Positions 62,490 to 64,000 of a stretch of DNA of 64,000 bases are shown piece by piece; position 1 is the stretch's first letter; each line of letters opens with the position of its first letter. The notes under the pieces were generated by a model. The model was not told the origin of the DNA and ran no database searches. It saw only the letters and a list, made by a program, of their open reading frames with translations. The DNA lies in contig CAWKNZ010000009.1 of NCBI GenBank assembly GCA_963851265.1, positions 128,001 through 192,000 of the forward strand. The letters run 5' to 3'. The stretch is from an uncultured Gemmatimonadales bacterium (GTDB taxonomy: Bacteria; Gemmatimonadota; Gemmatimonadetes; Gemmatimonadales; Gemmatimonadaceae). A program made the position numbers and the translations under genes.

Positions 62490-63152
62490 ATGAGCCGATG
62501 GCCCGCAGGCGCACGCGACCGGCTGGAGCGGGCCGCCCTCGCGCTGTTTCGCGAGCAGGGGTTCGCCGAGACCACCGTCCCGGAGATCGCCGCCCGCGCC
62601 GGGCTCACGACCCGCACCTTCTTCCGGCACTTCGCCGACAAGCGCGAGGTGCTCTTCGTCGGCGAGGCGGAGCTACCGGCGCTGGCGGCGCGGCTCGTGG
62701 CCGACGCCCCGGCCGCGCTCGGGCCGATGGCGGTGGTCGCCCACGGGCTCGACGTCGTGGCTACGAGGGTGGGGGCGGGCCGCGTCGAGGACCTCCGGGT
62801 GCGCCGCGCCGTCGTCGCCGCGGACGAGGGGCTGCGCGAACGCGAGCTCCGCAAGTTCGCCGCGCTGGCCGACGCGGCCGGCCGGGCGTTCCGGGACCGC
62901 GGCGTCGACGCGCTGACCGCCACGCTCGCGGCGGAGCTGGGGGTCATGGCCTTCCGCGTCGCCGTGACCCGGTGGCTCGACGGCGGTGGGGCGGAGGGGC
63001 TGCCCGAGCTCGTCGCCGACACCCTGGCCGCCCTCCGGGCCGTCGCCGCCGATGGGTCGGCGCACCAGCCCGGTAGCGCCACTGCCGCGCCACGACCGCG
63101 AACGGCCCCGCGGCCCGGTCGCGGCGCCCCTGGAGCCGGCGGACGCTCCTAA
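62490..63152 (+). CDS. TetR family regulator
   Basis: ETTVPEIAARAGLTTRTFFRHFADKREVLF. Confidence 0.93.
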   Translation: MSRWPAGARDRLERAALALFREQGFAETTVPEIAARAGLTTRTFFRHFADKREVLFVGEAELPALAARLVADAPAALGPMAVVAHGLDVVATRVGAGRVEDLRVRRAVVAADEGLRERELRKFAALADAAGRAFRDRGVDALTATLAAELGVMAFRVAVTRWLDGGGAEGLPELVADTLAALRAVAADGSAHQPGSATAAPRPRTAPRPGRGAPGAGGRS

Positions 63153-63361
63153 CGCTCGGCCCACGACGGCGCGTCCCCCGGAACGGACCAGACCCCCTCG
63201 GCGGATCCGGTCGGCCGGGGGCACGCCGCGGTTGGATACGGGGCGGTCCCAACGCCAGCGCTCGGGGGCGTCTCGCACCGACCGCATGCGCGTGCCGGAC
63301 CCCGCAGGCGGCGCGACCCGGGCCGCACGGGCGCGCACCGCCCACACCGGCCAGCGAGGGT

Positions 63362-63568
63362 CGTTTTCCGGAATGTTGGAGTTACGTCCGGAAAACGTCG
63401 TGGGAGCCTAACGTGAGACCGGCGTCCCGTCTCCTTACCGTACGACTCCTGCGCGTCTCCGTTGAAGAGTGGGCGTCCTGGCCCGGCGGACGCGTGGTCG
63501 GCATCGCGGCACGTCGTGATGGGCCGGCCGGGCGTGTTAAGTTCGTGGCCTAACACGCCCGACCGGCC
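63362..63568. repeat. Two non-coding inverted repeats
   Basis: CGTTTTCCGGA-N14-TCCGGAAAACG (63362-63397); 20-bp arms, 18/20 matched, with a 7-nt loop (63522-63568). Confidence 0.75.
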
Positions 63569-64000
63569 TACCACGCGTCCCCACCCCACCGCATGCCCCC
63601 GCCCCGCGCGGGCGGTGACAGCATCGCGCGCCATCTGCTGCGCAACGCGTAGCCCCACTACCCCGCGGTGCTTGGAGGAATCCGCGCCGCCCGTACGGCG
63701 GCGCCGGCCGCTCGGACGCCACGCCCGGGCTCAACCCTGGCTACCCGCACCTGAACCGCTGCATCCGCGTCGCCGACTTGGACGCGCTCGCCGGCGGCGG
63801 ACCGAGGTACGACAATTTGTCCCATCGTGGAACTTCCTCGCGGTGGACGTGTACGGCAACGTCACACGCGCTGCGGAGGTACACCAGGCGGGCGCGTGGG
63901 GCGGCTGTGCCGCTCCCCACGAGGTTCCCGGCGCTTCTGGCGACGCCAGCCGCCACAGGTACGCCGCATGTCGTCTGCCCCTCGTCCGTCCGCGCCCGTC

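Overview
Very GC-rich bacterial DNA (roughly 75% GC by eye). Gene content (several M28 peptidases, DPP-IV, a TonB receptor, PEP-CTERM and HAF-repeat proteins) suggests a Gemmatimonadota-like organism; this is inference only. Most long ORFs in the track are GC shadow frames. The left third (1-19 kb) is mostly intact peptide/sugar scavenging and envelope genes. The highlight is a compact photoreceptor locus at 21.5-29.1 kb. A divergent acyl-CoA-ligase-family gene (probable p-coumarate ligase) faces an operon of: a triple-repeat coiled-coil protein, photoactive yellow protein (PYP), an unknown helical protein, a sensor-less soluble chemoreceptor (MCP) and a tyrosine ammonia-lyase. A CelD/BcsL-type GNAT and a GT2 follow, and a GAF-GGDEF-EAL gene flanks the other side. 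This looks like a self-contained chromophore-making light-to-chemotaxis module. The heptamer GTTAGGC/GCCTAAC recurs at least 22 times, in several reading frames, in stop codons and in intergenic DNA. The right half is accessory and partly decayed: RES and VapBC toxin-antitoxin pairs, a CruR/DUF2946-like leader plus TonB receptor, an arsR-arsM-arsN2-arsN1 operon ending in an arsC/aquaporin deletion chimera, an IS3 remnant, several gene fragments and two TetR-oxidoreductase modules. No rRNA, tRNA or CRISPR array was seen.
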